Shown here piece after piece: positions 49,972 to 61,668 of a DNA stretch of 64,000 nt. Both the position numbers and the translations under genes were made by a program. The number at the start of each line of letters is the position of its first letter. Positions within the stretch are counted from its first letter, which is position 1. The notes below the pieces were generated by a model. The model was not told the origin of the DNA. It was given only the letters and a program-made list of their open reading frames with translations, and made no database searches. Where the stretch lies: NCBI GenBank assembly GCA_017654855.1, contig CM030333.1, positions 4,712,001 through 4,776,000 of the forward strand, in the 5' to 3' direction. This DNA is from Podospora anserina. Its lineage: Eukaryota.

Positions 49972-51126
49972 TTACTCCTGAAGAAGGGCGGCAATGCGCT
50001 CCTGGACACCAGCCTTGCGCTGCTCGTGGGTGAGCTTGGACTGGCGGTACTTCTTGGACTCGGCCTTCCACTCCTCCTTGGTCTTCTTGGGCGCGTCGGA
50101 CTCGTACTTCTTGAAGGGGTCCTCGCGGATGGCCTTGTGGGCCTCGGCATAGAGGTCCTCGAGGGAGTCGGCCTCAAGGTCGTCCTCGATGTACTTGACG
50201 AACTGGCCCTTGTAGCGCTCCTCATCGTCGTCGGCGAGGGTCTCCATGTACTCAGCGACGTGACCGCCGAAGATGTACTTCTTGAGGGTCTCGGCATCGA
50301 GCTCCTCGGACTCCATGTCGAAACCGGGGAAGCGGTTCTCGGAGTGGGGGACGAGGATACCACCGTCGGAGGCACCCTTCATGACACCGAAGACACGGGC
50401 ACCGGTGGAGGTGCGGGAGAGACCGACATCAAGGAAGGCCTTGAAGGGGCGGCGCTCACCATCGTCGGTCTCGGTGGCCTCGGTGAGAGTGTACTCACCA
50501 TCGGCCTCCTCAACACCGGCGAACTGCTCATCGAGGCCGAGCTTCTTCAAGACGCGGCGGGCGAGGAGGAGACCAGTGGCGTAGGCAGCGGCCCAGTTGG
50601 TAAGACCGTGCTCGATGCCATAGGCGCGGAGCTCGTGGGAGTAGGCGGCAGCGAAGATCTTGTCACCGGTGATCTCGGAGGTGACGATCTGGGTGATGAT
50701 GTCGCGGTTGGAGAAGCGGACAACGAGTCTGTACTTGGGGGCGTTGTACTTGTTCTTGGCCTGGGTGATCAGGCGCTTGCGAGCATAGTAGTCGGTCTTT
50801 CCCTCTCTTCTGCGCTTGTACTTGGTCTGGAAGCGGCTGTGTTTCGAGACAAGGTCAGCAAAAATCACCAGAAAGTCGCGAGAATGGCCAGGACGTGAGA
50901 AAGTTACCTGTAGTACGCGCTGTTCTTCACAAGCTTGTGGAAGGCCTGAATTCAGAAATCCCCGAGTCAGCAATTATCGCTTCAGATATTTTTTTTATCC
51001 TCCTCCGAAGCATCTTGCGTTGACTCTATCCAATTCCCCAGATCTCTCGACTCGTTCGGGTGCAGGTGAAAACGACAGCGATGCCAATGGCAACGGCAGT
51101 GACAAATGGCTGTATCAACTTACCAT
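49972..51126 (-). CDS. RPL5: 60S ribosomal protein L5 (uL18), 3 exons
   Basis: ATG|intron|[13 protein letters not shown]|intron|[41 protein letters not shown]...[14 protein letters not shown]; very strong codon bias. Confidence 0.97.
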
Positions 51127-51582
51127 TTTGACTGTTGTTTCGCTGGGCGATGCGATACTCACAGGGCTCGGGGTTTGTCGACAAGTGGGAGGGGAGGTTG
51201 GATTATTCCACGACGGCAAGCATTTGTGGGCGCAAAATTTGGCCCCACAGCTTTCCAGAGTAGGGCGTGTGCGAAACTGCGTTGGGTGACGAAGGTGGGG
51301 CAGGCCATAAGGGGCTTGGGACCCTAACCCTGGGCGCAGTTCAGCCCTTCCATCCAAGTCCGCTTATGTCATCTGTTCTCCAACCCAACCCCAGACCGAA
51401 GCCGAGGTTCACTTCGTCGGCTCCGGCTTTCAGCTTCCATGCCGGTGTTGTCAAAGGGTAGGTGTGGTCGGTGATGCTTGTCCATACATAATCAGTCGGC
51501 GGTTTGTCTCGTAAACTCCTGATAGTTGCAAATGGAACCAGAAGAGTTTCCCGTCGAATACATCCTTGACGAAATCGACGCC

Positions 51583-52510
51583 ATGGCACCCGTATCTTCG
51601 ACTCCCAAGCCAAAGGTTCTCTTATTTGATATTGGGGGTGTTTGTGTATGCTTGTCTCTCCACTCTCCATGTGCCGTCTAGATGTAGATGATCCTAACAA
51701 TCACAGGTCATCTCACCCTTCCAATCCATCCTCGATTACGAGCTGTCACTTGGCATCCCCCCAGGATGGGTCAACTACTCCCTCTCCAAGACTGCTCCTA
51801 CCGGATTCTGGCACCGCCTAGAAAGAGGTGACATCCCAATGGACGCCTCCTTCTTCGACGGGTTCAACCAAGATCTTCACGACCCGGCCCGGTGGAAGGC
51901 ATTCTACCAAGCCCAGCAAGCCAAGAACCCTGCTTTGCCAAAAGAGATTCCTCCCCTTCCCAAGCTTGATGGGCAATGGTTGTTCAACGACATGATGAAA
52001 TCTGCTAGGGCACCGGACCCGTGGATGTTCCCAGCCCTGAAGGCTCTTAAAGCCAGCGGCAAGTTCATCATTGCTGCTCTCAGCAACACTGTCATCTTCC
52101 CACCAGGCCACGACTTGTATCAGGAGAACTTCATGGACGACCCCCTCCGCAGTCAGTTCGATGTTTTTGTGTCGTCAGCTCATGTTGGACTTCGCAAGCC
52201 CGACCCGAAGATTTATCAGTATGCGTTGGAAAAGGTGAATGAGTTTGCGAAGGCGAACGCGGGCACGGCAAGAGGTCAGGCGGGAGGGTGGTCGTCAGGA
52301 GTAAAGACAAATGAAATCACGTTTCTGGATGACATTGGAGAGAACTTGAAAGCTGCAAAGCAGGCTGGATTTCAGACCATCAAGGTGCCATTAGGCAGAG
52401 CATATGAGGCAGTTGAGGAGTTGGAGAAGGTGACTGGGCTGTCGTTGGATGGTGGCCACCCCAAAATTCCCATCAAGCCAAACTTCAAGGGCAGCAAGGC
52501 GAGGCTCTAG
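51583..52510 (+). CDS. HAD-superfamily hydrolase (soluble epoxide hydrolase N-terminal/ACAD10-like), 2 exons
   Basis: VLLFDIGGVC|VISPFQ (motif I), ALSNT (II), GLRKPDPKIY (III), FLDDIGENLKAA (IV). C-terminal ARL. Confidence 0.85.
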
Positions 52511-52665
52511 AACATTCAAATCATGATCAACAATGTTTCCCTTAATCATCACGTCTCTTAATCAATATGATAAAGAAAGTAGGCTGTATAAAGGCAAGGA
52601 AAAAGGTCGAAAAGTCGCAAAAAGCTCACGACCTAACCCCAACCACGCTGGAGTAGAGCGCTACG

Positions 52666-52783
52666 AAAACCACGTTTTACTCAGGATCGAACCCGTGACC
52701 ACCAGGAGATAATGACCACGCCATGACCTTCCCTTGTTTGTCCAGGTTACTTCCACAAGCTAACCACTTGACCACGCCAAGGT
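52666..52783 (-). pseudogene. Degenerate tRNA-like / Pol III element
   Basis: Minus strand: A-box-like TGGTCAAGTGG, variable-loop/T-arm-like TGGTCACGGGTTCGATCC, then TTTT. Acceptor and anticodon stems do not pair. Confidence 0.4.
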
Positions 52784-53497
52784 AGTTGCTTGCTTCGGTG
52801 ATAATTATTTGCTGGACCTTCTATATCAAGGGTGGTACGGTCGTATCTCGTGTGTGCCTGATAAGTGGCCATCCTGATGCCCGGCATACGACTCCCAGTC
52901 CATTCCCTCGACGTAGCTGCCTGCCATTGTTGCTCTCATTCCCATGACCCAGCTTCATGACCATTCTGCCACTGAGGTCGTTGTTGTTGACCATCATCAC
53001 CACTGCTGCTCTTGCCTGCAACCCTGCTGTCACCAACCACGTCGTCGTCGGCCAACGACTTTCTACCTGTAGTTCTGTCCAAACTTGCTACCATCACCAC
53101 TGCGTTCGACTTTCTCGGCGCCAAAGCTGCAACTTTCCAGTATTTCAAGCCAATCATCACCACCTGCTGCTCAACGACTACTAGTCGACACAACGACAGC
53201 ATTACTACTATTATAACAACATCACAACCATAAGAGTATCACAACAATAACAACATCAGGCCTCACCACTGCAGCAACACAGCACAATATTCACCCCATA
53301 CCTCATTCCACTACCATCATCCAACAAAGTCACAAAGCACAACAACCCATCGACAAAAGGCGGAAAACAAAACAAGGATATATAATGTAAATAATAAACT
53401 AAACCCTCTTCCCAACCCGGCCTATCCCATATCCCACAATATCCGCTATACATAAAACTCATCATGAACCAATCAAACCTCATCCTCCCATACTATT

Positions 53498-56308
53498 TCA
53501 AGCCCTCACAGCCGCCCTCCCCCTCCTCCCCTGCGACTGCGTCCCGTTCGTAGCCCCCGGCCGAGCAAGCGTATACTTTGCAAAAGCCCTCGCCAGCGCC
53601 TTCTTGCAGCTGACCTTCTGACTCCCCACAAAACTCTCCACCGTGACGGCAATCGCCCGGTCAATATCCTGCGCAGAGCAGTACTCGCTCAACCTCATCT
53701 TGCAGAAAGCTTCCGCGATACGGATGATAGCCTCCAGATGACGGACCTATATCACCTAATGTTAGCAAACTGCATGACCAAGGTTGATAAAAGGGGGAGA
53801 AAGGGGACATACAGTAATAGGATAAGCCCCCGTCGCCAAACTCTCCCTCCTCATGTCAGCAAACAACCTCGCCACCTTGTCCTCATCAATGTGATACAGC
53901 TTGGGCGAGCACTTCTCCCTCGCGTACAAGATGTACTTCCTCAGCAGCTCCTGCGGGATCTGGTCCTCCTTCTTGATCCCATTCTGCTGCGTCTCTTGCT
54001 GGGCAGAATCATGCTCCACCTCCATCGACTGCCCGCCATTCTGGGTGTTAGCCGCCTGCGACTGGGACAGCGGATGACTTCTCGAGTGTGACCCAACAAT
54101 AAACTTGGCCAGCCTTTCGTCCTCCTCCGGCTCGACCGTGTCCCTCACCACGCACAAAATGTCAAAACGGGACAGAATCGGCTCGGTGAGTTCGACGTTG
54201 GCGCTGAAGGGGATGGAAGAGTTGTATCGCCCGCCAATGGGGTTGGCGGCGGCAATGATGCCGCACCTAGCCTGCAGGGTAGTCACGATACCAGCCTTGG
54301 AGATGGAAATGGTCTGTTGCTCCATGGCTTCGTGGATGGATGTTCTGTCCTGGTCGTTCATCTTGTCGAACTCGTCGATCAGGCAGGTTCCCTTGTCTGC
54401 CAGGACAAGGGCGCCGCCTTCCAACGTCCACTCGCTGGTGAGAGGGTCGCGGCGGACCGAGGCTGTCAGACCGACTGCGGAGGCACCCTGACCGGTGGCA
54501 AAGACGGCACGGTGGGCGGTCTTTTCGACATACTTGAGAACTTGGGACTTGGCGGTACCTGGGTCGCCGAGCAGCAACACATTGATGTCTCCTCTGACGC
54601 GGTGCCCGCCCGTGGTAACCTTGGCTACACCTCCAAAGAGAGACAGTGCGACAGCGGTTTTGATGTCGGTGTGCCCGTAAATGCTTGGGGCAATAGAGTT
54701 GATAATCTTGTCCACAATGTGGGGATCCTTGGACAGGCGACGGATCTCATGTTCGTCTTCATCTGTCATGCGGAAACCAGCGAGCTGATCATGAGATTTG
54801 ATGATGTTGTTGGCCTCGAGGATAGTGGCAAAGACCGGGAAGCCGTTGCGGTTGTTGAGCTGGGCATCGTAGCTATTGCGGTAGATACCGGTCACCTCGA
54901 TCTCCTCACCAGGCTTGGCCTTGTCGATGAGATCCCAAAGGAGAATCACCTCACGGTGACGGGGAAGACGACCGGCAGGGACTGTGCCGGGCGATTCTTG
55001 GAGGGTGAGCTTTTGGTAGTTTCTGTAGACGGTCTTCTCCGAGTTGAGGGTGAAGGGGCCGCGAGACTGGCAGCTCTGGCAGTATGACACCTTGACTTCG
55101 ACATTGGACTCTTGCTGGAAGGGACCGAGTGTGACACCGCACTTGGTGCAGTCAAACTTGACGTACTTGAGCTGAGGGAAGACGCCGGATCTTCTCGTCA
55201 CCACACCGCTCACACGCACAAGGCAGTTGAGGTGAGACTGGCGAAGCTGGCGAAGGGTGTAGTGAACGGGAAGGTCAAAGATGCGGACGTGAATCTCGGC
55301 GTGGATACGCTCGTAATCGGGGTAATGCAGCAGAACGACATCCATAGCAACCTCGTCGAACAGCTTGAGCATCTCGGCAGGAGCGTTGGCCAAGAAGTAG
55401 GCCAAGATGGCCTTAGAAGTGGAGAGGTGCTCATAAGAGACCTCGAGAGTCTCAGCGTTCACCTCACCAAGAGTTCTGATGCGGTTGCCGTAAACTGACG
55501 AGCCGCTATCATCGATGTACTCTGTGAGGAAGGCCTTGAACTCTCTCTTGATTGTGCGCTGGACGGCTTGTTGGGACACCCAGTCTGTCAGACTGGAAGC
55601 TTTGACATCATGGAGGGCCTCGAGTGAGAGCTCCTCATCCATGATATCACCATCCATATCCTCATCAGGGTCCTCATCGTAGCGATGTCTGCGACGGCGA
55701 GGCTGGGCTGAGAGATCGATATCGCCGTCTTCTTCACCAGGAAGGAAAGCGGCAGGGAGACGTTGCCGCCTGGCAACCTCTCGATCTCTGCGGTTAAGTT
55801 GGGCCTCGAGACGTCGCCTGTCACCAAGATTCATGGCGTCGTAGTCGCCCTCGTCGTCAAGATCAATGCCCTCATATCGATCGTCCTCCCTGCTGCGGTA
55901 ATCTTGCTCAAAGCCATCCCTGAACAGGTCCACATCATCCTCGGCGGCTTCATCCAAATCGTCGAGATCATCCGGGATCTCAACATCTTCCTCAACCTCA
56001 TCGTCGTCGTCGGCGCCATGGGCGATGGTGTGGAAGGCCGGGGGGGAGGAGGGCAGGGCGGGGCTGGAGGCGCCCGCAATGGAAGAAGGCGCATCTTCAC
56101 CATTAGTGCGTGAGCGCTTTCTATTTCCCCGGGCTGGTGCGCCACGGTTGGCGGAGGACGGGTTATCACGAAGTGGGGAGCTATGGAGGTGTCGAAGTTA
56201 GCTTCAAGTCACTTTTGTCAAGATATTTTCAGGGGCGTATTTTTGCTGTATTTTTCTTCCCCTGATCTCTCGATTGGGCACCAAGCGGTAAAACAAAACA
56301 TACCTCAT
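53498..56308 (-). CDS. MCM2: DNA replication licensing helicase subunit Mcm2, 3 exons
   Basis: MSSPLRD acidic N-terminus, C-x2-C..C-x2-C zinc finger, LLLGDPGTAKSQ (Walker A), CLIDEFDKM (Walker B), ILSRFD arginine finger, last exon VRHLEAIIR. Confidence 0.97.
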
Positions 56309-56479
56309 GTTTGCGGTTGTTATGTGACTGTAATAGCAGTAAGGAAGGGTATCGTTATCGTTCCGACAAAAACGAGCGAAGTGGTGGATGAGCCTGTCCT
56401 GAAAGAGAGACGATGTGGGCAACAATGGTCGATTCGGCAACACATAGTGGAGGGGATTGGAAAATGGGAACATGGGCCT

Positions 56480-56548
56480 CGCGTCACAGATTGCTTTCCC
56501 CCCCCTGGAATCTCGCGTTGATTTCGTGTCGAAGTGCCCAGGGCGCGT
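56480..56548. promoter_or_regulatory. Three MCB-like (ACGCG) elements in the divergent MCM2/UBR7 promoter
   Basis: CGCGT at 56480, 56514 and 56544 within a 405-bp intergenic region. Confidence 0.55.
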
Positions 56549-56713
56549 TAAGTGGTCTTGGCACCTACCCTGCACTTTAGCGATAAGATAAGCTCCGACA
56601 GTGATGCGGCGACTCGGAAGAGAACCATCATCGGAATCGATCTATCATCTCCCCTTCCACCTTTTTTGTTTTTGGTTCTGGTTGACTTTGTCGTTGATAC
56701 CTGACAATTCATC

Positions 56714-58521
56714 ATGGATCCTGCCTCGGCGCCCAAGCCGCCCTCCGTTGCCGACGTTCCTGAGGATGGAGGGGATGCTTCAATCGCGCGCAACAAGCCT
56801 CGCAGCGACAGCATAGGGTCGCACAAGTCGAGCGATTCGCAGACTGCCGCCGAGTATGTTCATGATGATGCTGGTGGAAGATGTGGTGATTACTACTAAC
56901 ACCACTTTCTAGTTTCTTGCGCGACCAGATGCAGCTAGAGGCCGATGCGCGCGAGGCTCTTCCTTATGTACGACTCTTGACCCATTGAACACAATGCGCT
57001 GATCTAACCATGGTGTCTTAATAGAGCATCGAGAACTGTACCAATGCCCTCGGCCCTCTCCGACAGGCAGTATTTGCTTGCCTCACTTGCAATCCCCCGC
57101 CCGCGAACTCGTCCGATCCCTACAATGCCGCCGGCGTCTGCTATGCCTGTTCGGTGCAATGCCATGGCGAGCACACCCTCGTCGAGATCTTCAACAAGCG
57201 CAACTTTACCTGCGACTGTGGTACCACGAGACTACCTTCGACAAGCCCTTGCAACCTTCGTCTAAATCCCGAAACCAACTCCAAGGGAGGTGTTCACTCC
57301 CAGGAGCCCGATGTGAACAACAAATACAACCAAAACTTTCGCAATCGGTTTTGTGGTTGCGAATGTGACTACGATCCTTTTGAGCAAAAGGGAACCATGT
57401 TTCAGTGTTTGGGTCTAGGTACACATGACACAGGAGGCTGTGGCGAGGACTGGTGGCACCCGGGTTGTGTTGTTGGAATGGGTCCAAAGTGGTTCGAGAA
57501 GATGGCCAAAGAGAAGAAGCCGAAGACAGAGCAGAACAAGGAGGATGGCACCAGTGCCCCATTGCCGACCATCTCGGAAGATTCTGAAGCGCTCCCGACC
57601 CAGAACGGTGCCGAGGAAGAAGAGGAGGAGGAGGATGATCCCCCACTTCCCCCTGGATTCCCTGAAGAAGACAACTTTGAAGCCTTCTTGTGCTACAAGT
57701 GTGTGGGGGCTCACCCTTGGGTCAAGCGATATGCCGGCACCGAAGGATTTCTACCTGCGGTCCACTTCAAGCCTGATGGAGCGGCCGAAGAGACCCTTCC
57801 AGATGCTCCTGCCACTACGGACTTCAAGACAGAGGAGCCCACGCTCAAAGTTGAGGAGGCTGCCTCTACCAAAACCGAGGTGCCTGCTGCCACCACCACA
57901 CCAGCCGCTGCCAACCTCGATGTTCCCAAGAAGCGCAAAGCCTTGGACGATGATGAGGATGAGGCAGGTTCTCAGACATCCAAGCGTGTGAAGAATGAAG
58001 ATGAATCCAAAGAGAGTCCTAGAGAGCGCTCTGCTACACCTTCTGCTCCCCCGCCTTGCAAGCTTCTATCCTTACCCCCAGTGCCCCCCGCAGGCAAATT
58101 CTCTCTTTTCTGCAAGCCCGACTTCCGAGAGAAGCTGTGTCGCTGCTCTTCCTGCTTCCCTCTGCTCGTCCCTCATCCCCAGCTTCTTGAGGAAGAAGAG
58201 ACCTATGAGCCACCTGTGTCACCAGAGGCGTCGGAGAACGGGTCCACATTGGGCAGCAACTCCCTCTATGAGCGGGGAGAATCTGCACTGAAGAATGTTG
58301 ATAGGGTGAGAGCTATCGAAGGTGTGATGGCGTACAACCATCTCAAGGACAAGTTGAAGCCGTTCTTTCAGCAGTTTGCCGAGAGCGGACAGGCAATCAG
58401 TGCCGAGGATATCAAGGGCTACTTTGCGAAACTGAGAGGCGATGAGGAGGTCGCCACTGCGGATACGTCTGCCCAGGGGAAGGAAGGCGGTGACAATCGG
58501 AGGGAGGAGAGTGGATACTGA
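56714..58521 (+). CDS. UBR7: UBR-box/PHD protein UBR7 (S. pombe mlo2-like), 3 exons
   Basis: QLEADAREALPY, GPLRQAVFACLTC..AGVCYACSVQCHGEHTLVEIFNKRNFTCDCG, NKYNQNFRNRFCGC, MFQCLG..EDWWHPGC, DRVRAIEGVMAYNHLKDKLKPFF. Confidence 0.88.
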
Positions 58522-59968
58522 TTGATTTCTTTGTCGGGAACGGGCATGTTGTGTTTGGTTAGGGTGTTTGGTTGCTTGGTAATTCAACTGGGACTGCAAG
58601 GAAATAGGCACATGGTTTATGGTATGGAATGGATTGGGACAGTGATCTTTTTGTTCGGAATCACTGAAGGCTTTCTGTGTAGGTTAATTTGTATCTGGAG
58701 TTATTTTGTCTTGCGGCAGAGGATGGATTCACGCAATATGAAGAGACATTCAACGTGCTCCTAGAGACACCCACTCCACACTGCTCCTAAACAACCTGTT
58801 AGGAGATCCTTACATGACGGAATTGGTCACATCGGGCTCTCGGAGACGCAAGTTTCCTCTCGTATATGTTTCTAGCCGAACTCGCCCTCGCCATCTTCCG
58901 AGTAAACGCAAGTCTGAAAAACCAAAGCCAGCTCTAACAACTCTCAAAAGCCCAACTTGCCTGCTTACTTCTCGTGTTAAAAGCAGCATCCGTCCCTTCG
59001 TTGTCATAATTCCCTTTCATCACCCAAACGCATCCTCATTCCCTCCAATATCTCTTTCCTCCCAACTTTTATATTCTTACCAGTTTCTCTATTTCTTTAC
59101 TATATATATTGAAACTTTACAGCCATGAACGCCCTACGTTCCACCACCACCTGTTGAGATGTCCCTCGACAAAAACTCCAACCAATAACCTATCCGCCAA
59201 CCGCCTTGGCCTCACCTACCACCTCTTGTCTACCTGTGCCTGTCACGACCGGCAGCCTCCTCCAAAGTCGTTTCCCAGCTCGACAACCCTGCTGATGACC
59301 TGCTTGCCCACCACAACCTGGGTAATAGCCCATCGATCCCGCAGCCCCGACAGCCGAAGCCCATATATTCCCCAAGACACTGGCTTCCATGTCAAGGGCG
59401 AGGGGCTACTGGTGAAGCAGGGCTCACGGGATCCATCCCGGTACACGGTTTTCCTTTTCTTTTTCCTCCAGTAGTATATAATGTATCTTGCCAGTCCATC
59501 CGTAGTTGGGTTCCAACCATCAGTGGGGACCAAATATTGCTTTCAGTGCGCGGTGAAGACCGGGCGGTGGCTGCACTGCCAAACTTTACCTGTCAGGCTG
59601 CCAATGTCAAGCAGAATAGGGATTGAGAGTTGATGTATCTCAAGATGTCGATGATAATAGCTGAAATGGGGATGGGCTGTGGATGTTTGGCTTTCTCACT
59701 GTCTTATGATACCCAAGCGGAGTTAGAAAACAGAGAACAATTTCTATGTTGTTGGATACCTACTTGACCTGTAATCACAATCACACCAACACAATGCCCG
59801 CTGAGCTTCCACTCCAGTTCACAGAACGCTCAGCAAGTGTCCATCATCAATCATATATCTCATTTTGTACACCCCGTCACTCATCTATCATTTTGGTATA
59901 TTGCCCTTTTTTACCCCCTTTTCCCATCCCAACACCCCTTTTTGACATTCCTTTTCTGTTTCCCAAAA

Positions 59969-61144
59969 TCAAAGCCACTCCACACTCCAAATCTTCTCGC
60001 CAGCACGATATGGCACAATCTCAGCCTGCTCGCTCTTCAAGCTCTCCTCAACAGTGGCACCATCCTTCTTCAGCAAGATCTTCTTGTCAGAAGGAGGCAA
60101 GCCGTAGAACTTGCGGCCATAGGAGGAGAAGAAACCGGCCAAAGCTTCGTCAGTGACGTCCGAGTCGGAAATGTCACCGCGGGCGATGCCCTCCTCAAGA
60201 GCCTTGAGGACGTAGCCGAGGGCGTAAGGCTGGGTGAAGACACCGGCGGCGGTGTTGCCCTTGCCCTTCTTGGAGGAGATATCGTGGGCTGGTTGTATGT
60301 TAGTGCCTGCTAACAGTGCAAAGGAACGGAATGAAACATACGAGCACTGTCAGTACCAAGGAAGAACTTCCCCTTGGAGGACACAACAGCCTGAAGAAGA
60401 GCCCGACGGTCCTCGGGGGACTTGGCAGAGGGCTTGCAGTAGTGGTGCACATTGGCGGACCAGTCATCCACCAGCAAGCTCAAGTGATGAGCAGTCTATC
60501 ATTCTCAGTCAGCACTTCACCCTTCCCCAACCCGTCACAGTTTCACTCACAATAGTCCCCACAACATCCTCCCCAAACTCCCTCACAGCCTCCACCGCCT
60601 CCCCAGTAGTGCAATGCTCCAACACAATCTTCAACTTGGGGTACTTGCCCACCAAGCTCCTCAGCGTAGGCAAGAACCTGCTCTCCGCATTCATCACCGT
60701 AACCCCCTCCTTGCTATCACTCGGCACCTCCCCGTGCAAGTTCAGCACAATCCCTTCCTTCTCCATAGCCTTGAGCACCTCGTCAAAAGGCTCAAAGCTC
60801 ACGACACCCCATTGGCTGTTGGTAGTCGCTCCCTTGGGATAAGCCTTCACACCGGAAATGCCAGCCTTCTTGGCGTTGGCAATCTCCTCGGGGGTGATGG
60901 AGGAGTGAAGGTACAAAGACATGAGGTAATTGACGCTTGGGTCGATGGCTTCCAAGGCGGACTTGTACTCGAGAGCAGCGTCGACAGAGGTGACGGGGAC
61001 AGGGGCGAGGTTGGGCATGACGAAGACGGTGTCGATGCCGGCTGGGCGGATGGTGGGCGTGACGAGGGAGGCGATGGGGCCTGGGGCGTTGCGGAGGTGG
61101 ACGTGCATGTCCGCTGCTGAGGGGAGGGTGTAGGTGTCTTTCAT
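59969..61144 (-). CDS. URA4: Dihydroorotase (homodimeric type), 3 exons
   Basis: DMHVHLR, VMPNL, KAYPKGATTNS, LNLHGE, VLEHCTT, TAHHL, YCKPSAK, FFLGTDSAPH, AAGVFTQP. Confidence 0.93.
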
Positions 61145-61668
61145 TTTGGCGGTGATGTCGGGGTTATGAGTTGGGGTGTGTGGCTTGAAGAAAAGTGCTA
61201 TTCCAGTGAAAAATAGTGAGTTGTGTAAGTGGAAAAGTGAAACGGAAAAGTGAGGTTGAAGATGGGGAGGGTGTGGAGTGAGAGGTGAGTCGTGAGATAG
61301 CTTGGCGGAAGGCATAAAATTGTGCACGGGTTAGGGTTTAAGGTGCTGGCTTAGCACCCCTTTCATCTGAACCATAATTTTCCAACATCATTGCAAAGAA
61401 TGCTACTGAACAGCCATGTACTCATTATGTCGAGAGCATTCTTCAGGCCCAAAGTAAACTGAAAGATGGACACGGATAACCATTCTCGTGGCCCTTGGGC
61501 CATTACCCAGACAAGGGTGCGACTTACAAATCAATATAACATCAATGACGTCCCGCCTTTTCACTTCATCTTGAACCCTTTCTAATCTCAACAAATCAAT
61601 TGGAATATGAAAATTTATCTGCTCATAAATCAATAGTAACCCCTCATCATCTCTTCTTCAATTCCAAA

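Noticed and set aside
50026-50898. 290-aa plus-strand ORF
   Set aside because: Antisense shadow of highly codon-biased RPL5. The same applies to long ORFs opposite PHB1, REX3, MCM2, URA4 and the DUF1761-like gene.
50947-51123. snoRNA in RPL5 intron 1
   Set aside because: Only a short hairpin (GCTTCG..TGAAGC); no convincing C/D or H/ACA box arrangement.
56030-56080. Apparent frameshift in the MCM2 N-terminus at a G/C run
   Set aside because: Recounting shows a continuous frame (GASSPALPSSPPAFHTIAHG). The ORF track simply starts at a downstream TTG.
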